Assembly: GCA_032718475.1 (NCBI GenBank)
Contig: JAUCBJ010001162.1
Location: 1 to 58,823 of the forward strand
Reading direction: 5' to 3'
Length of the DNA: 58,823 nt
Source of the DNA: Nemertoderma westbladi
Taxonomy: Eukaryota; Animalia; Xenacoelomorpha
The position numbers and the translations under genes are program-made. Under the pieces are notes generated by a model. The model did no database searches and was not told the DNA's origin. It saw nothing but the letters and a program-made list of their open reading frames with translations. Of this stretch, positions 1 to 11,650 are shown in pieces. Within the stretch, counting starts at the first letter, position 1; the number at the start of each line of letters is the position of its first letter.

Positions 1-51
1 GCGTATTGCAGACTTAATAACTCTCATATTTTTGCAGTCTGCCCCCAATTT

Positions 52-834
52 ATGACTCAATGCCACCACTGTCAACTTAAAGGACATGCCAGTTATAATT
101 GCCCCTTTAATCACGATTTAGAGAGCGTAGATGAAATGATTACCCTGCGCTACATCCGAGCTTGGGAAGCGAACGCGGATTTACATTGTGAGTCCCGTCA
201 TCGATACTACCCTGGACGCTCTTACGAGGGAGTTTACGCGTTCCATCCTTATTTATTAGCGTCTGTGGAACAAAAAACACGCATACCGAGTTACGAGCTA
301 ATGAAGCGTGTTGGTGAGTGTATTTCCACTAAATTTGTTCGAAGATACCTTAGGAACGTCAATCCTAACGATATTACTTCATACCATTTGATCAATTATA
401 TCCATCAAGACCCTGAGTATGGCGATTTATTTATCAACTCGCACCCTGAGTTACAGGAAGTATCTCGACGGCCCTACGAATATCGAGCCCGAGAACGCGA
501 GCTGGAAAGAACTATTAAACCAAGGAAGTTTCTCACCACTCACAGTCCACCTACCGCCGTTGTCCAGACGACCCGTCAAGGACCAGTAGGAGCTGCTGTC
601 CTAAGACGCGCCTTAAAGGCTGTTAGACCTCGCTCCGCTGAAGTTGATATCGATCAACCAGGTACCTCGACCGGCGGATACACCGATCGCAATCCGAAAC
701 CTTCTGATGCAATTGTATTGCACCCTTCACCCAGGAGTTACAGCCCTCCTAGTAAAGTGGCTCGCCCCAAAGAGAAAAAGACTCTTGCTAGCCTCAAAAA
801 ACTGCGTAAACGCCGTCCGCGTAAGAAAGACTAA
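52..834 (+). CDS. Retroelement accessory ORF (260 aa): N-terminal CCHC zinc knuckle, Lys/Arg-rich C-terminus
   Basis: CHHCQLKGHASYNC matches CX2CX4HX4C. It ends LKKLRKRRPRKKD (NLS or RNA-binding-like) and stops 78 bp before the LTR. A splice-acceptor-like CATATTTTTGCAG (AG at 36-37) precedes it. Confidence 0.65.
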   Translation: MTQCHHCQLKGHASYNCPFNHDLESVDEMITLRYIRAWEANADLHCESRHRYYPGRSYEGVYAFHPYLLASVEQKTRIPSYELMKRVGECISTKFVRRYLRNVNPNDITSYHLINYIHQDPEYGDLFINSHPELQEVSRRPYEYRARERELERTIKPRKFLTTHSPPTAVVQTTRQGPVGAAVLRRALKAVRPRSAEVDIDQPGTSTGGYTDRNPKPSDAIVLHPSPRSYSPPSKVARPKEKKTLASLKKLRKRRPRKKD

Positions 835-912
835 CTGTTTAGAGTATTTTTATATTTTAGAAACTGTGATTTGTTATATTTTATAGACTTAAATCCCATT
901 TTCTGGGAGCGG

Positions 913-2086
913 TGTAAAAGCTTTTGCGTAATTAACCGGTTATTCTCCCGTAAAGTACTCTGTAGTTGGTTTACCAGGCAGAAAAAGGCCGTGTCCTTAC
1001 TGTACTGGTGTTTTAGAGGACATAAAAGTCATTTCTTCTGTATTTGTACTTTAGAGGACATAATCCGCAATCTCGTGACGCAATAAGCTAGATCCTCTTG
1101 AAAACAGTGTCGCTACCATGACGACGGCTAACAGCTGATATTGCCACGTCGACATTTCTTTGTTTCTTTGTTCTCTCGTTGCTCGGTCGACCAATCAGAG
1201 CGTTTTTTGTCTCTGTGTTGGAGTTGGATACAGAAACTCAGTAGTTCAGTGTTATCTTTTTGCCCAGAGCCTAAGAACATCGGCTTTTGGCACCTCCGTG
1301 TTTCAGTCTTTAGCTTAACATTAGTAGGCTTAATTATAGAACGTATATCTGTTATCTTACTCAACAAACCGAGTTATCATACAAAAACTCAGTTAACTCA
1401 CTTAATAATCATTCATACCTTAACTTTACTGCTTTTACTGTCGGTTATTCATTATATTGGTTGATGAAATATTATATCGGAATACTGATCAATAGTCAGA
1501 CACCCCACCTTCTTGATATACTAAAGGTTAGAGAGACCGGTTACAGATAAACGATTGCGACCTATGTTAAGTGGTTTGAAGTGAATCTAATGCTGTTTCA
1601 TAGGCCCGACATAAATTGTATGTTGCTCTCTTTATACGTGACTAAATTTAGTGAAGGTCGGCAGATTAGTGTGCAGTATTGTGCAGCATTGTGTATGATT
1701 GTAACTGATAACAAAGCATCTCCTAAAGAATGCGCCATATACGTGAATCTATAGCCTTTTCGTTGTGTCTAGTTTAAGTCATAACTCTGTTTACATATTT
1801 AGAGCGCCACGTCCTAAAGGAACTGTTAATATTTCCCGAAAGTGAATAATATTTGTCAGAGATTATATATAACGATCAGTCGAATAATACGGTAGGCTTA
1901 CACCATCAATCATTAAGCTTCCGAATTCAGTTTCCCGGGTATATCCAGCGGGTGAATGATTGCGCATAGACTGGCTTCGGCTAATGTAGTGTATCAAATA
2001 CTCGTCATAGGCTAAAGACTATATATCATCTAAAAGACATCCTAATTTGGCAGGTTAAACTGTCAAAGGTCTTAAAAGCGCAAACA
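913..2086 (+). repeat. LTR (1174 bp), diverged relative of the LTRs at 36499 and 47226
   Basis: TGT...ACA termini, preceded by GGGAGCGG. Long shared blocks such as GCAGATTAGTGTGCAGTATTGTGCAGCATTGTGTATGA and GCGCCACGTCCTAAAGGAACTGTTAATATT. Confidence 0.88.
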
Positions 2087-2536
2087 CACCCTTCGCCCCA
2101 TCACTCCACTAACACTTCACTCATCACTCCACTCACCCTTCGCCCCATTACTCCACTAACACTTCTCTCATCACTCCACTCACCCTTCTCTGCATCAATC
2201 CGCTAACACTTCTCTCATCACTCCATTCACCATACGCCCCATCACTCCACTAACACTTCTCTCATCACTCCACTCACCCTTCGCCCCATCACTAAGACAC
2301 TAATACTTTTCTCATCACTCCACTCACCCTTCGACCCATCACTCCACTAACACTTCTCTCATCACTCCACTCACCCTTCGCCCCATCACTAAGACACTAA
2401 CACTTCTCTCATCACTCCACTCACCCTTCGACCCATCACTCCACTAACACTTCTCTCATCACTCCACTCACCCTTCGCCCCATCACTAAGACACTAACAC
2501 TTCTCTCATCACTCCACTCACCCTTCGCTCCATCAT
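2087..2536. repeat. C-rich minisatellite, 47/50-bp units, about 9 copies
   Basis: Unit ACTCCACTCACCCTTCGCCCCATCACTCCACTAACACTTCTCTCATC. A longer variant containing ACTAAGACACTAA alternates with it in the distal half. The array abuts the LTR end. Confidence 0.9.
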
Positions 2537-2705
2537 TCCATGTACTATGTACCATGTACTCACTTTTGTTTTGTTTTAGGTAAAAAAAACTAGATCTGAT
2601 GAATGAATAAGTAAAGATAGCAAGGCTTGTATTTTAATTTCCCGCTAAGACAATGCCATACATGCAGGGGTCCTACTAACGCTCTAACCATTCAGCTAGC
2701 GGCTC

Positions 2706-4734
2706 TACTACTACTACTAGGATCGGCATGCTGCATTGCAGCTGCATTTTTAAGAATGCTGTGCCGGCTTGTCAACAAAATTGCACCGCCACAACTCCCT
2801 ATCACCCATGACATTTGCTAGATCATCCGCATCTTTAAGGCCAGTGTCCTTTAAGATGCGTCTCAAGAAAGTCATGGGCTGTCCACCATGCTCATTCACT
2901 CCAGGAGGCTGCCAAAGTACAAGATTATGCACTGGCTGGTCCTCACGGCGAAAGCAATGTCCTGCAAAGCGGAGGCGATTTTGTTCTAGTGTCAAGCTTG
3001 GGAGAACCAATGAGACACCTCCAATGTTATATAGTGTCTGGTTGGAGATGTGTGCATTGTACTTGACACAATGAACCCGGCGTAGCATTCTTGTGAATGT
3101 GCCATCCAGAGATTTGGTGTCCTCAGCAGTTAGAGCCCAGCATGGACTCCCGTAGAGGAGTACTGGAACTACTGCTGCTCTAAATAATCGGACCTTAAGT
3201 TTCCGATTAATTCTCGGTGACTTCCAAATCCTGGAAAGCCTATTCAAGGCTGTCCATGCCTTTCCCTTGCGTATTCGAAGGTCCTCACCTGACTTCCGGA
3301 TTCATGATCCCAGGTAACAGAAGTCGTCCACATGCTCAAGCATACCATCCTTTGAGCTTATGCTCATCCGATCAGAGACTTGCTGAGGACTTTCAAAGTT
3401 AACTGTCAGAATTTTGGTCTTTCTGAAGTTAATAAAAAGACCAACACTAGAAGCAGCATGTTCTAATGAGCTGAGGAGCCGTTGGGCTCCCTCTAATGAT
3501 TCTGAGAGTACTCCTAAGTCATCAGCAAAGTCTAGATCAGTTAGGTACTTGGCAGGATTTCCTCGACTTCTGGAGCCAGTAGGTGGAGTTATCATCACCC
3601 CATTATCATTATAATGATCTAAGGACATGCGTAGAATATAGTCAACCACAATAATGAACAAGAATGGTGCAAGTGTGTTGCCTCGGAGGACGCCCCATAA
3701 CACTTCAAATGGTTCTGTGTCACCGTCAACAGTAGTCACAAATGTTGTCGAACCATCGTATACTGATCTGATTGCTGCAATAATTTCATTAGGAATCCCA
3801 TATAATGAAAGTATGCTGAACATACGTGAGCGAGAGACTGAATCAAAGGCCTTGAAGAAGTCAACAAATATAACAGCCAGATGCCTGTCTTTCTTTTTTG
3901 ATAACTCTTCAATTATCCTTCTAAGTGCCAAAATGGGCTCCATGGTCCCACGACCTTTACGGAACCCATTCTGATTTCCACGGAGCAGTCTCTCAATGGG
4001 ATCCCTGATGCGATTTAATAGAATCCTATTGTATAGCTTTGCAGCAATCGAGATCAATGAGATTCCCCGAAAAGAACCATAGAGTGTTAGGTTGCCCTTC
4101 TTGGGAACTGGCACCAACTTATTTGTTTTCATTTCTTGTGGGACTCTTGTTGTTCGGTACATGTCTACTATGATGGGATAGATGAGCTTTAAACACTCAG
4201 ATATTTTAAAGACCTCAGGGGGAACACCATCTACTCCACTGGCACGATTGGTCTTAATGCTCTTTGCAGCAGCCTTCACGTCTGCAAAAGAGATATCGCC
4301 AATGGGAATATCTGGGAGTACAGACTCAGACACTTTTACTTCTATAAAGTTATCAGGCAATACCCTGTCATTATTGAGGAGCTTTTCAAAGTGGGCTTTC
4401 CAACCATTGAGGCGATCGGCTGGTGATTCAGCCTTAACCTTGGTGGTTGGTTGGCTTTTCCGCCCAGTAAGCAGATTGATCGATTTCCCTGCCTGGGATG
4501 ATTGCCTGCTGTCGTCAGCATCATTGATGGCATCAACCTGTTGGTTTATTAGCTCCTGTAGATTAGCAGAGTACTGCCTGTTCAGGGACCTATGTGCAGC
4601 CTTAACTGCATTCTTGGCCGCTGTAGTCTGTTTGAGTCGGGACTCTTTCTGCGCCATATGAAGTTCATTTCGGCACTTCTGAATTTTGTTGTCAGTCCAG
4701 GGGGCCCTTTTCCTGTTTCGAGGGTATACAGGAA
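2706..4734 (-). mobile_element. 5'-truncated RTE-clade non-LTR retrotransposon; RT reading frame with one premature stop
   Basis: ORFs 3302-4657 and 2750-3247 share a frame and are separated by YLGS*I (likely TGG>TGA). RT motifs include VPKKGNL, FRGISLIS, QNGFRKGRGT, FVDFFKAFDS, LDFADD and LLYGS. The 3' tail is (TAG)n at ~2706-2720. Candidate TSD TAG[C/T]GGCTC at 2697-2705 and 4735-4743. Confidence 0.9.
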
Positions 4735-4879
4735 TAGTGGCTCAGGTAAACGATAGACCTGGAAATACTACTCGATACCTTGTATGTCCGCATTTACCTG
4801 ATCATGGCATCCCATCTGTCAATACCATCATATCCTATCCTGCCACTGTGCTCAACCCTACCGTACTTAGCCGTCTTAT

Positions 4880-5565
4880 AATATGATATAAATCCAGAGA
4901 TTTGGTATCCTCATTAGTTCGAGCCCAGCATGTACTCCCATATAAGAGTACTGGTACTACTTTGCCGTGGCAGAATTCATCCACGTACTCAAGCAAGCCG
5001 TCCCTAGAGCTTATGCCCTTACGATCAGACATTTCTTGAGGGCTGTCTAGGTTCATTATCATAATTTTGGTCTTCTTGGAGTTTACAATAAGACCAACAC
5101 TATAAGCCATCCGATCCAATGAGCTGATCTAGTGAATCAGACAGTACCCCTAAGTCATTTGGAAAGTCTAGATTAGTAAGGTACTTTGCTGGATTTCCCC
5201 TACATCTTGTGCCAGTAGGGGGTGTTATTATCACACCATATTTATTGAGATGGTCTAAGGACATGCATAGAGCATAAATAAACCACAATTACGAATAAGA
5301 ATGGTGCAAGTGTGTCACCCTGAAGGACTCCCCATAAGACTTCGACTGGATAACCATCTACAGTAAACAGAAATGTGGTGGAACCATCGTACAGTGATCG
5401 GATAGCTGCAATAATTCCTCAGGAATCCCATATGCTACCAGTATGCTGAACAGAACATATGGGGAAGTCACTTTAAAGAAGTCAACAAAGATAATAGCCA
5501 GTTGTCTGTCTTTCTTTATTGATAACTCTTCGATTATCCTTCTAAGTGCCAGAATATGCTCTGTC
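4880..5565 (-). mobile_element. Older, internally deleted RTE fragment of the same family
   Basis: Translations GVIITPPTGTRCRGNPAKYLTNLDF and VVPVLLYGSTCWA parallel the 2.7-4.7 kb copy, with frameshifts and deletions. A further small piece lies at ~5955-6040. Confidence 0.8.
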
Positions 5566-6750
5566 GTGGATTTAATGGCTATACAGTATTAAATATTATA
5601 CTGTATTATAATGTACAGTATAAGTTCATTACTGTAGTATATTCAGTCTTTTTCGCTGTACCCTAAAAAGAGGCACTCAGGCAAACTTCTGCTGTCAGAC
5701 TGTAACAAAAGGATATATAATATATACGCGTCTAATCATTCTTGCATTAATCAGTTATTGCTTATCGCGCCCTACTGCTCTACGGTTCCTCACCCTACAG
5801 ACTACTGACTGAATTACTAAAATGTAACAATTCATTATTATTGAATGTATGTTGACATTATATTATATAGGCCCTATGTAATGAAGAAATACAAGCCAGG
5901 TAACGTAGACTAAGAATAAAAACCTATCTTTTATGACGCAGTGGACGAAGTCCACAACAGGCTCCATGGTCCCACGACCTTACGGAACCCGTTTTGGATC
6001 CCACGTCTCTCAACAGGATCTCTGATGCGATTTAATAGAAAACCGGCAGGCTGGCTTCCCCAGCAATCCGGTTATCAACTATCAGTTTGTTCACTGTTCA
6101 GTCATTGTATAGCCTTGTTGGTCATATAGAAGACAGCCTAGGATGTGATGTAGACCTCAGGATATATTAAGGATCTAATTTGTAAAATAAGTACTTTATT
6201 ATCGTCCACAAGCCGAAAGTTAATAATTAGGCCTACTTGATAATCTATTAAACAATACGTTAGTCTGTTTCATTGGGGAGGGGGTGGGGTGTATTATGTA
6301 AGTCTGTTCCGTCAGGTGGGGGGGGGGGGGGGTCCAAACAAATCGGTCTCATTGAAAATGATTTGCAGCGCATTAACAGTGATGATAACCCCTAGAACAG
6401 ATTCATCACTCAATACGAGAATAAAACATATAACAAATTTTGACTGAATCCCATTTTATCATTGCTTCGTGCAGATGAAAAATAATAATTTGATCTGAAC
6501 GAAACCAAACAAATTTTGTGCTATGGAAAACTTACAAACCATTATTTTATGCCATATCCACACCATAACGGATGCCCCTTCTCCAATATAGTTATAAAGT
6601 TGGTTATATCATGGACTTCTAGAATATTATTTATACCAAATAATATAATTAATATTCTAAGTGTGAGTTAATATTCTAGAAGTTCATGGTTATATGTTAT
6701 TTATAGGTAATATATATTTCAAAAAGTTTGTAAAAATAATTAATTATTAC

Positions 6751-6873
6751 CTGTACAATTTATACCATTTCCATAGAATTCTGTGTTGCAAGAACAATAA
6801 AACGAACCCATAGTATTACTGCAGGTTGCATCCTTATTGCAATTGTGTGTGTTTGCAAGACATTCGTCAGTAT
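6751..6873 (-). CDS. Calcium-binding EGF domain exon (phase 1-1, 123 bp)
   Basis: TTTCAG|...|GTAATA. Translates (D)[40 protein letters not shown], the canonical cbEGF consensus with 6 Cys. Confidence 0.9.
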
Positions 6874-7436
6874 CTGAAATATTATTATATTTTTGAAAAT
6901 GACTAATTTATTTTGTATTAATTTAAACCTGTTGATGTAACATTCAATTATTATATTCCAATGACATCATTTAAGCCAAAAATCAAAAGAGCAGGGATTA
7001 TGCACAAAGTATGCTGACTTTTTTCCAATGCTTGTTTAGAACTATCCAGACTCTCCAGACTCCATGAGAAACTGGTACTCAATTAGCAACCATTCAAGGA
7101 TGCAGTGCGAGATGCGCTGGATTGTCCCTCGAATTAAAGCATTCATATCGATACAAAAATTCCACTGGTCCCCTAGCCGGTATCAACCACACGATCTCCA
7201 CGTGAATTCAAGGCGACGTATTCAATATGATCAATGGACAGATTCAAATATCCGCAGATGTTTCAATATCTGGGAACTGAGACTTTCATTCATTCATTCA
7301 ACTTTACCCATTTCAATCAGTCTGCTTGAGCCTGCAGCTAATTGTAATGCTTCCGAGATTAGGTTGTTCAAATCTGAACTGCTAAAAAATAAGGAAATGA
7401 AAACATTTTATTGAATTTCATCCTAATAACACTCAC

Positions 7437-7607
7437 CATAAACAACATTCTCATTAACCGAGCAAAGCCGAAAGTTTTCGAAGCCTTCACACCCTCCACC
7501 CCATCTCATTTTTTCGCAGGTCTTCCATGGTGTATATATATGTCTATGTTGTATTGTTGAAGGACATGCACTGCTGCTATTAGTCCACTCCACCCATTCC
7601 CCAATAT
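7437..7607 (-). CDS. Thrombospondin type-1-like exon (phase 1-1, 171 bp)
   Basis: GCATAG|...|GTGAGT. Translates (D)IGEWVEWTNSSSACPSTIQHRHI...C...CEGFENFRLC, a WxxW...C...R...C pattern resembling a divergent TSR. Confidence 0.6.
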
Positions 7608-7808
7608 CTATGCAATAAGGTAATGTCAATGGCGAATTAGTAATAAATATACAGATGATATTAAAAGATTTGCATTACAATTTGGATCATTTTCTGAAAT
7701 CTTCGTTAATTATGTCCAATTATGGTCAATTAATATTAACAAGCTGGATAAGCAGCATAAGTACAACAACTCATCACGGTAATGGAATGAACACAAAATT
7801 TATATTAA

Positions 7809-9317
7809 TCCACGCAGTACCATGTGGGTCAAATATGGCCCATAAAGTTTTCACAGTCATAGTGTAACCAGTTAAATAGCAGGTGTAGAACCCTCGTTCT
7901 ATGAATTTGTAAATATGAGTGATTGCTTATTCATTTTCTCATTAAAAAATTAGTATCTCTCCTTATAGAATTTGATATATTTTCGATAAAAAATTTTCCC
8001 CTGAGTTCTACCCCGTGGGTCAATTTTGACCCAGAATTTTTGCCAAGTTTGGCCAAATTTTGGCCAAGCAAATTTCAACCAATCAGAACACTTCTTCCCC
8101 AGCTTATATTACAGTACATAACAACATATTTGTATATATATATATACAAATATAATGCATACACTATGTGATTTCTGTATTAGATTAATAGCATTTATTT
8201 CCCACGCTACATGTACGCTTATACGTAGGCCAGCCAAGCCATTATTTACATAATATATGAGAGGTTGGGGTTGGATGAATAAAGGGATGTGGGCTGTCAA
8301 GGGGGGGAGGGGGGGGGGGGGGGTGGGGGGTGGGTATTTCCCCTCCACATTTGATTCTTTACTAAGTTTCATTACATTTCATTGACCGACTTTGGTATAT
8401 GTTGAATTAAAATCTGTGACCGTGAAAACCCACCTTGGGCTGGAAATCTATATATTTGGAGCCACATTTAAATGCTAAATACTGTTATGTAGTGTACCGG
8501 TACTGTACTTGCGTTTTCAAACAACCTGCAAAATAATAATTGTGGGGTGAGATACGTAGTCGGCGAGCCTAGGAATACGGTTCAAATAGGGCAAATGGGG
8601 CATGTCCGTCTGTCCGTCCGTCTCTCTGGTAAATGTTTGAATGCGAATTTCTCGGCATCGCTGGTTCGGAATTGAACCAAACTTAGCTAAGTAGTAGAGG
8701 GAAAATTTATAAAATTGGTTTAGTTTGGTGAAAAATCATGCAGTCTGACGTCAGCTACGACAGACAGATTATGTGGTTTTCAGAAAATGTTATATTTATC
8801 GGGAACGCCTCATTTCCAAAGCTGAAATTTTGGTTGCTTGTAGAGAATCATGAAGTCTATCTTTTACGAAATTGAAAAGTTAAAACATTTAATTTGGGAT
8901 CTGCTAGAGACGCCGAAGTAATGACATAGGCCTACTGATACGGTACTGCTGTACTGTGCACTACTGGTAAGTACGAAATTGCAGAATAACAATTTGACAC
9001 CACCTAGCGGATCAATATGATTGTATATCGAATGAATACATTTATAGCTTGGGGCATGGGGTTCGAGCACGGTTTGTGATAGAATTGCTTAATTTTTGTT
9101 TGTATCTCACAACTCGTGCTGCGCAAAGGCCCCATGGACGTGTTCTCTGAAACTCTAATAACTTTTTAAAATTTCAAAAAAATTTTATTAGTTCCTAATT
9201 AGATGAATATCTGTTAATTATTTTCAAAATCTAAGATCGTTATACAATGGAAATGTATGTGGGTCAGAAATGAGCCATAGGTACTCCGTGTAAGAAAATT
9301 TAATGGTACTGCGTGGG
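7809..9317. mobile_element. Non-autonomous piggyBac-like element (1509 bp)
   Basis: TTAA (7805-7808) TCCACGCAGTACCAT ... ATGGTACTGCGTGGG TTAA (9318-9321). 15-bp TIRs with 1 mismatch, TTAA TSD, subterminal GGGTCA...CC(C)A motifs at ~7825, ~8017 and ~9260. Confidence 0.8.
8538..9125 (+). mobile_element. Helentron-associated (HINE/DINE-1-like) non-autonomous element nested in the piggyBac-like element
   Basis: Subterminal inverted repeat GTGAGATAC (~8547) / GTATCTCAC (~9101), and a GTCC/GTCT microsatellite (GTCCGTCTGTCCGTCCGTCT) near the 5' end. Boundaries are approximate. Confidence 0.5.
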
Positions 9318-9482
9318 TTAAACAAAATAACAAGTAATAAGTATGTAAATATTTAAGATAACGTTTTATGTCACGGGATTAACCCTGTGTGCAGTGCACT
9401 TCGACAACCCAAAAGGCAAAATGCAACAATATGCCACACTATAAGCCATCAACTATTTTGCGACAATTATTACTACATACCT

Positions 9483-10171
9483 ATCAATCATCGGAAACTT
9501 AAGGTCCGATTAATTAGAGCAGCAGTAGTTCCAGTACTCCTCTATGGGAGTCCATGCTGGGCTCTAACTGCTGAGGACACCAAATTTCTGGATGGCACAT
9601 TCACAAGAATGCTACGTCGGGTTCTACTAGGATCGGCATGCTGCATTGCAGCTGCATTTTTAAGAATGCAGTGCCGGCTTGTCGACAAAATTGCGCCACC
9701 AGAACTCCCTATCACCCATGACATTTGCTAGATCATCCGCATCTTCAAGGCCAGTGTCCTTTAAGATGCGTCTCAAGAAAGTCATGGGCTGTCCACCATG
9801 CTTATTCACTCCATGAGGCTGCCAAAGTACAAGATTATGCACTGGCTGGTCTTCACGGCGAAAGCAAAAGCGGAGGCGATTTTGTTCTAGTGTCAAGCTT
9901 GGAGGAACCAATGAGACACCTCCAATGATATATAGTGTCTGGTTGGAGATGTGTGCATTGTACTTGATACAATGAACCCGGCGTAGCATTCTTGTGAATG
10001 TGCCATCCAGAGATTTGGTGTCCTCACGCCGGGTTCACTGTGTCAAGTACAATGCACACATCTCCAACCAGACACTATATAACATTGGAGGTGTCTCATT
10101 GGTTCCCCCAAGCTTGACACTAGAACAAAGCCACCTCCGATTTAGAGGACATTGTTTTCACCGTCAGGACC
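9483..10171 (+). mobile_element. RTE 3'-region fragment (+) interrupted by an antisense RTE 3' end (9625-10025)
   Basis: 9483-9624 and 10026-10171 are contiguous sense RTE sequence. 9625-10025 matches ~2715-3123, including the TAG tail. Duplication ACG[T/C]CGGGTTC at 9614-9624 and 10026-10036. Confidence 0.85.
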
Positions 10172-10693
10172 TGCCCGGCATCGACATTCAAGTTGCTTCA
10201 ATAAATAATTTGCGTCGTGACTGAAACTTCAATTGTAATAGGTTAAAAATCCCCACACAGACCCCTCACATTCATTACTTGTAAATTGATATCCCATCAC
10301 AGTTGAAAAGGAATGATTGTAGCCGCTTCTGTCAAAGCATCGAGGAAGTTATCAACATTTCGCGCAATTGGAACCCGTACAATTTCCGTAGGGCCATCAT
10401 GCATGTGCCGACATAACAAAGAACGAATCCGAGCTGCAACAACCGAAGCCATGCAAGCTGGGTATGGGTGCTGCTGAGTGAAACAGGTTTCCCACCCAGG
10501 CAAGTATACGTTATACAACTGTTGTTGCAAAAGATAGCAACTTTAAGTTTGATATAACATTCTGCTTGCCACTGATTGATTATGGAGTAATTCTAATTTC
10601 CATTATTTCGTAGAAAGAAGGACTTATGTACTTTTTTCATATATAATTACATTAAAATGATAAAATTAAACACAATTAATAAAAATACATTAC

Positions 10694-10769
10694 GTTTTTT
10701 TGAATCCATACCACATCTTTCTTCCACGTATCCTTTTGCTTGCTTCTCTACTCTGGTGGTACAGTTGCA
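10694..10769 (-). CDS. Short exon 3 of the PAN-domain gene (phase 0-1)
   Basis: TTATAG|TGCAAC...AAAC|GTAATG. Open frame CNCTTRVEKQAKGYVEERCGMDSKK, phase-compatible with the preceding exon. Confidence 0.5.
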
Positions 10770-10991
10770 CTATAATAATATAAATAATTTATGTTAAAAC
10801 AACAAATTAATATATTTCAATACAATAATTATTGTTGTTGACTGGTGTTACTGGTAATCAAGCAATGAATATGAGATGTTTCTGAGCTTGGTTTTCCGTA
10901 TATTAATTTCGCAGCATTGTTGTACTTTAATTAATTGGCGTGAAGGTTAACTAACATTTTCGAGATGAACTCATTACGTTGATATACTTAC

Positions 10992-11199
10992 AGTGGGTGT
11001 TGTTCTCCGATTTTCTCGGTTTGTTTCTAATAAACCTGAATGTCCAGCATCATCGCTAACTGCCATATAATCGAATATATCAGTTGATATGAAGTCGAAC
11101 TCGCCAACATCCTCTTTGTAGGCCCCATTTAACTGGCACGAGAATAGGGTCGTCATCTCATCATTATTCCGATAATTAATTGATTTACATTGATGATTA
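10992..11199 (-). CDS. Exon 2: C-terminal half of the PAN/apple domain
   Basis: TTTCAG|T AAT CAT CAA TGT...ACT|GTAAGT. Translates NHQCKSINY...SCQLNGAY...DF...FDY. The phase-2 join with exon 1 gives CARMCSSNHQCKSINY. Confidence 0.75.
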
Positions 11200-11302
11200 C
11201 TGAAACAAAGATAATATCGGTAGAAAGTGAACAAAGATAATGTGAAAGTATTATCTCGAAACCAGTCATTAAGTTTAGATTTAAATACTAAGTTTTATTA
11301 AC

Positions 11303-11526
11303 CTGGAACACATTCTCGCGCAATGAATTCTGGAGACAGTTTTGTAAACATTCCTAATTGCATGGTTAACCAGCATGTGTCGAGGGAAAGATCCGTGGGG
11401 CCCATTTCCGAATGTGACGGAACGTTGGCATGTGAGCGATTGCGGATTTACGTGCTCTCCTATTGTTTCGAGAACAACAACAACTGCATATAGAATTAGT
11501 TCAAGGGAAAACGCACTCGAATACAT
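11303..11526 (-). CDS. Exon 1: signal peptide and N-terminal half of the PAN/apple domain
   Basis: ATG at 11526. Hydrophobic LELILYAVVVVL, then ...HMLVNHAIRNVYKTVSRIHCARMCS. Donor AG|GTTAAT, followed by a 103-bp intron. Confidence 0.72.
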
Positions 11527-11650
11527 CACAAGCACACGTTTATATTATTTCCAAAGCATGTGCATAATACAGTAGTTTTATTGCAAAATTTAATCATAAA
11601 TTTTATCAGCGTTGCCAATAACAACGATTTGATATAAAGCACATTATAAG

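Larger units (their letters stand above)
1..2086 (+). mobile_element. 3' end of a BEL/Pao-related LTR retroelement (accessory ORF + PPT + 3' LTR), cut by the window start
   Basis: Bases ~690-2086 are collinear with 47001-48476 of the complete element: same basic ORF tail, same TTTTCTGGGAGCGG|TGTAAAAGC junction, same LTR 3' end ...AAAGCGC(A/G)AACA. Confidence 0.85.
6751..11526 (-). pseudogene. Multi-exon secreted-protein gene or pseudogene: signal peptide, PAN/apple, TSP1-like and calcium-binding EGF domains
   Basis: GT-AG bounded exons at 11526-11303, 11199-10992, 10769-10694, 7607-7437 and 6873-6751. A putative exon at ~10590-10280 has two in-frame stops. Linking all exons into one gene is inference, and the 3' end was not found. 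Confidence 0.5.

Noticed and set aside
3302-4657. Bacterial retron, group II intron or DGR reverse transcriptase
   Set aside because: The motifs, (TAG)n tail, 5' truncation, TSD and multiple decayed copies identify a eukaryotic RTE LINE.
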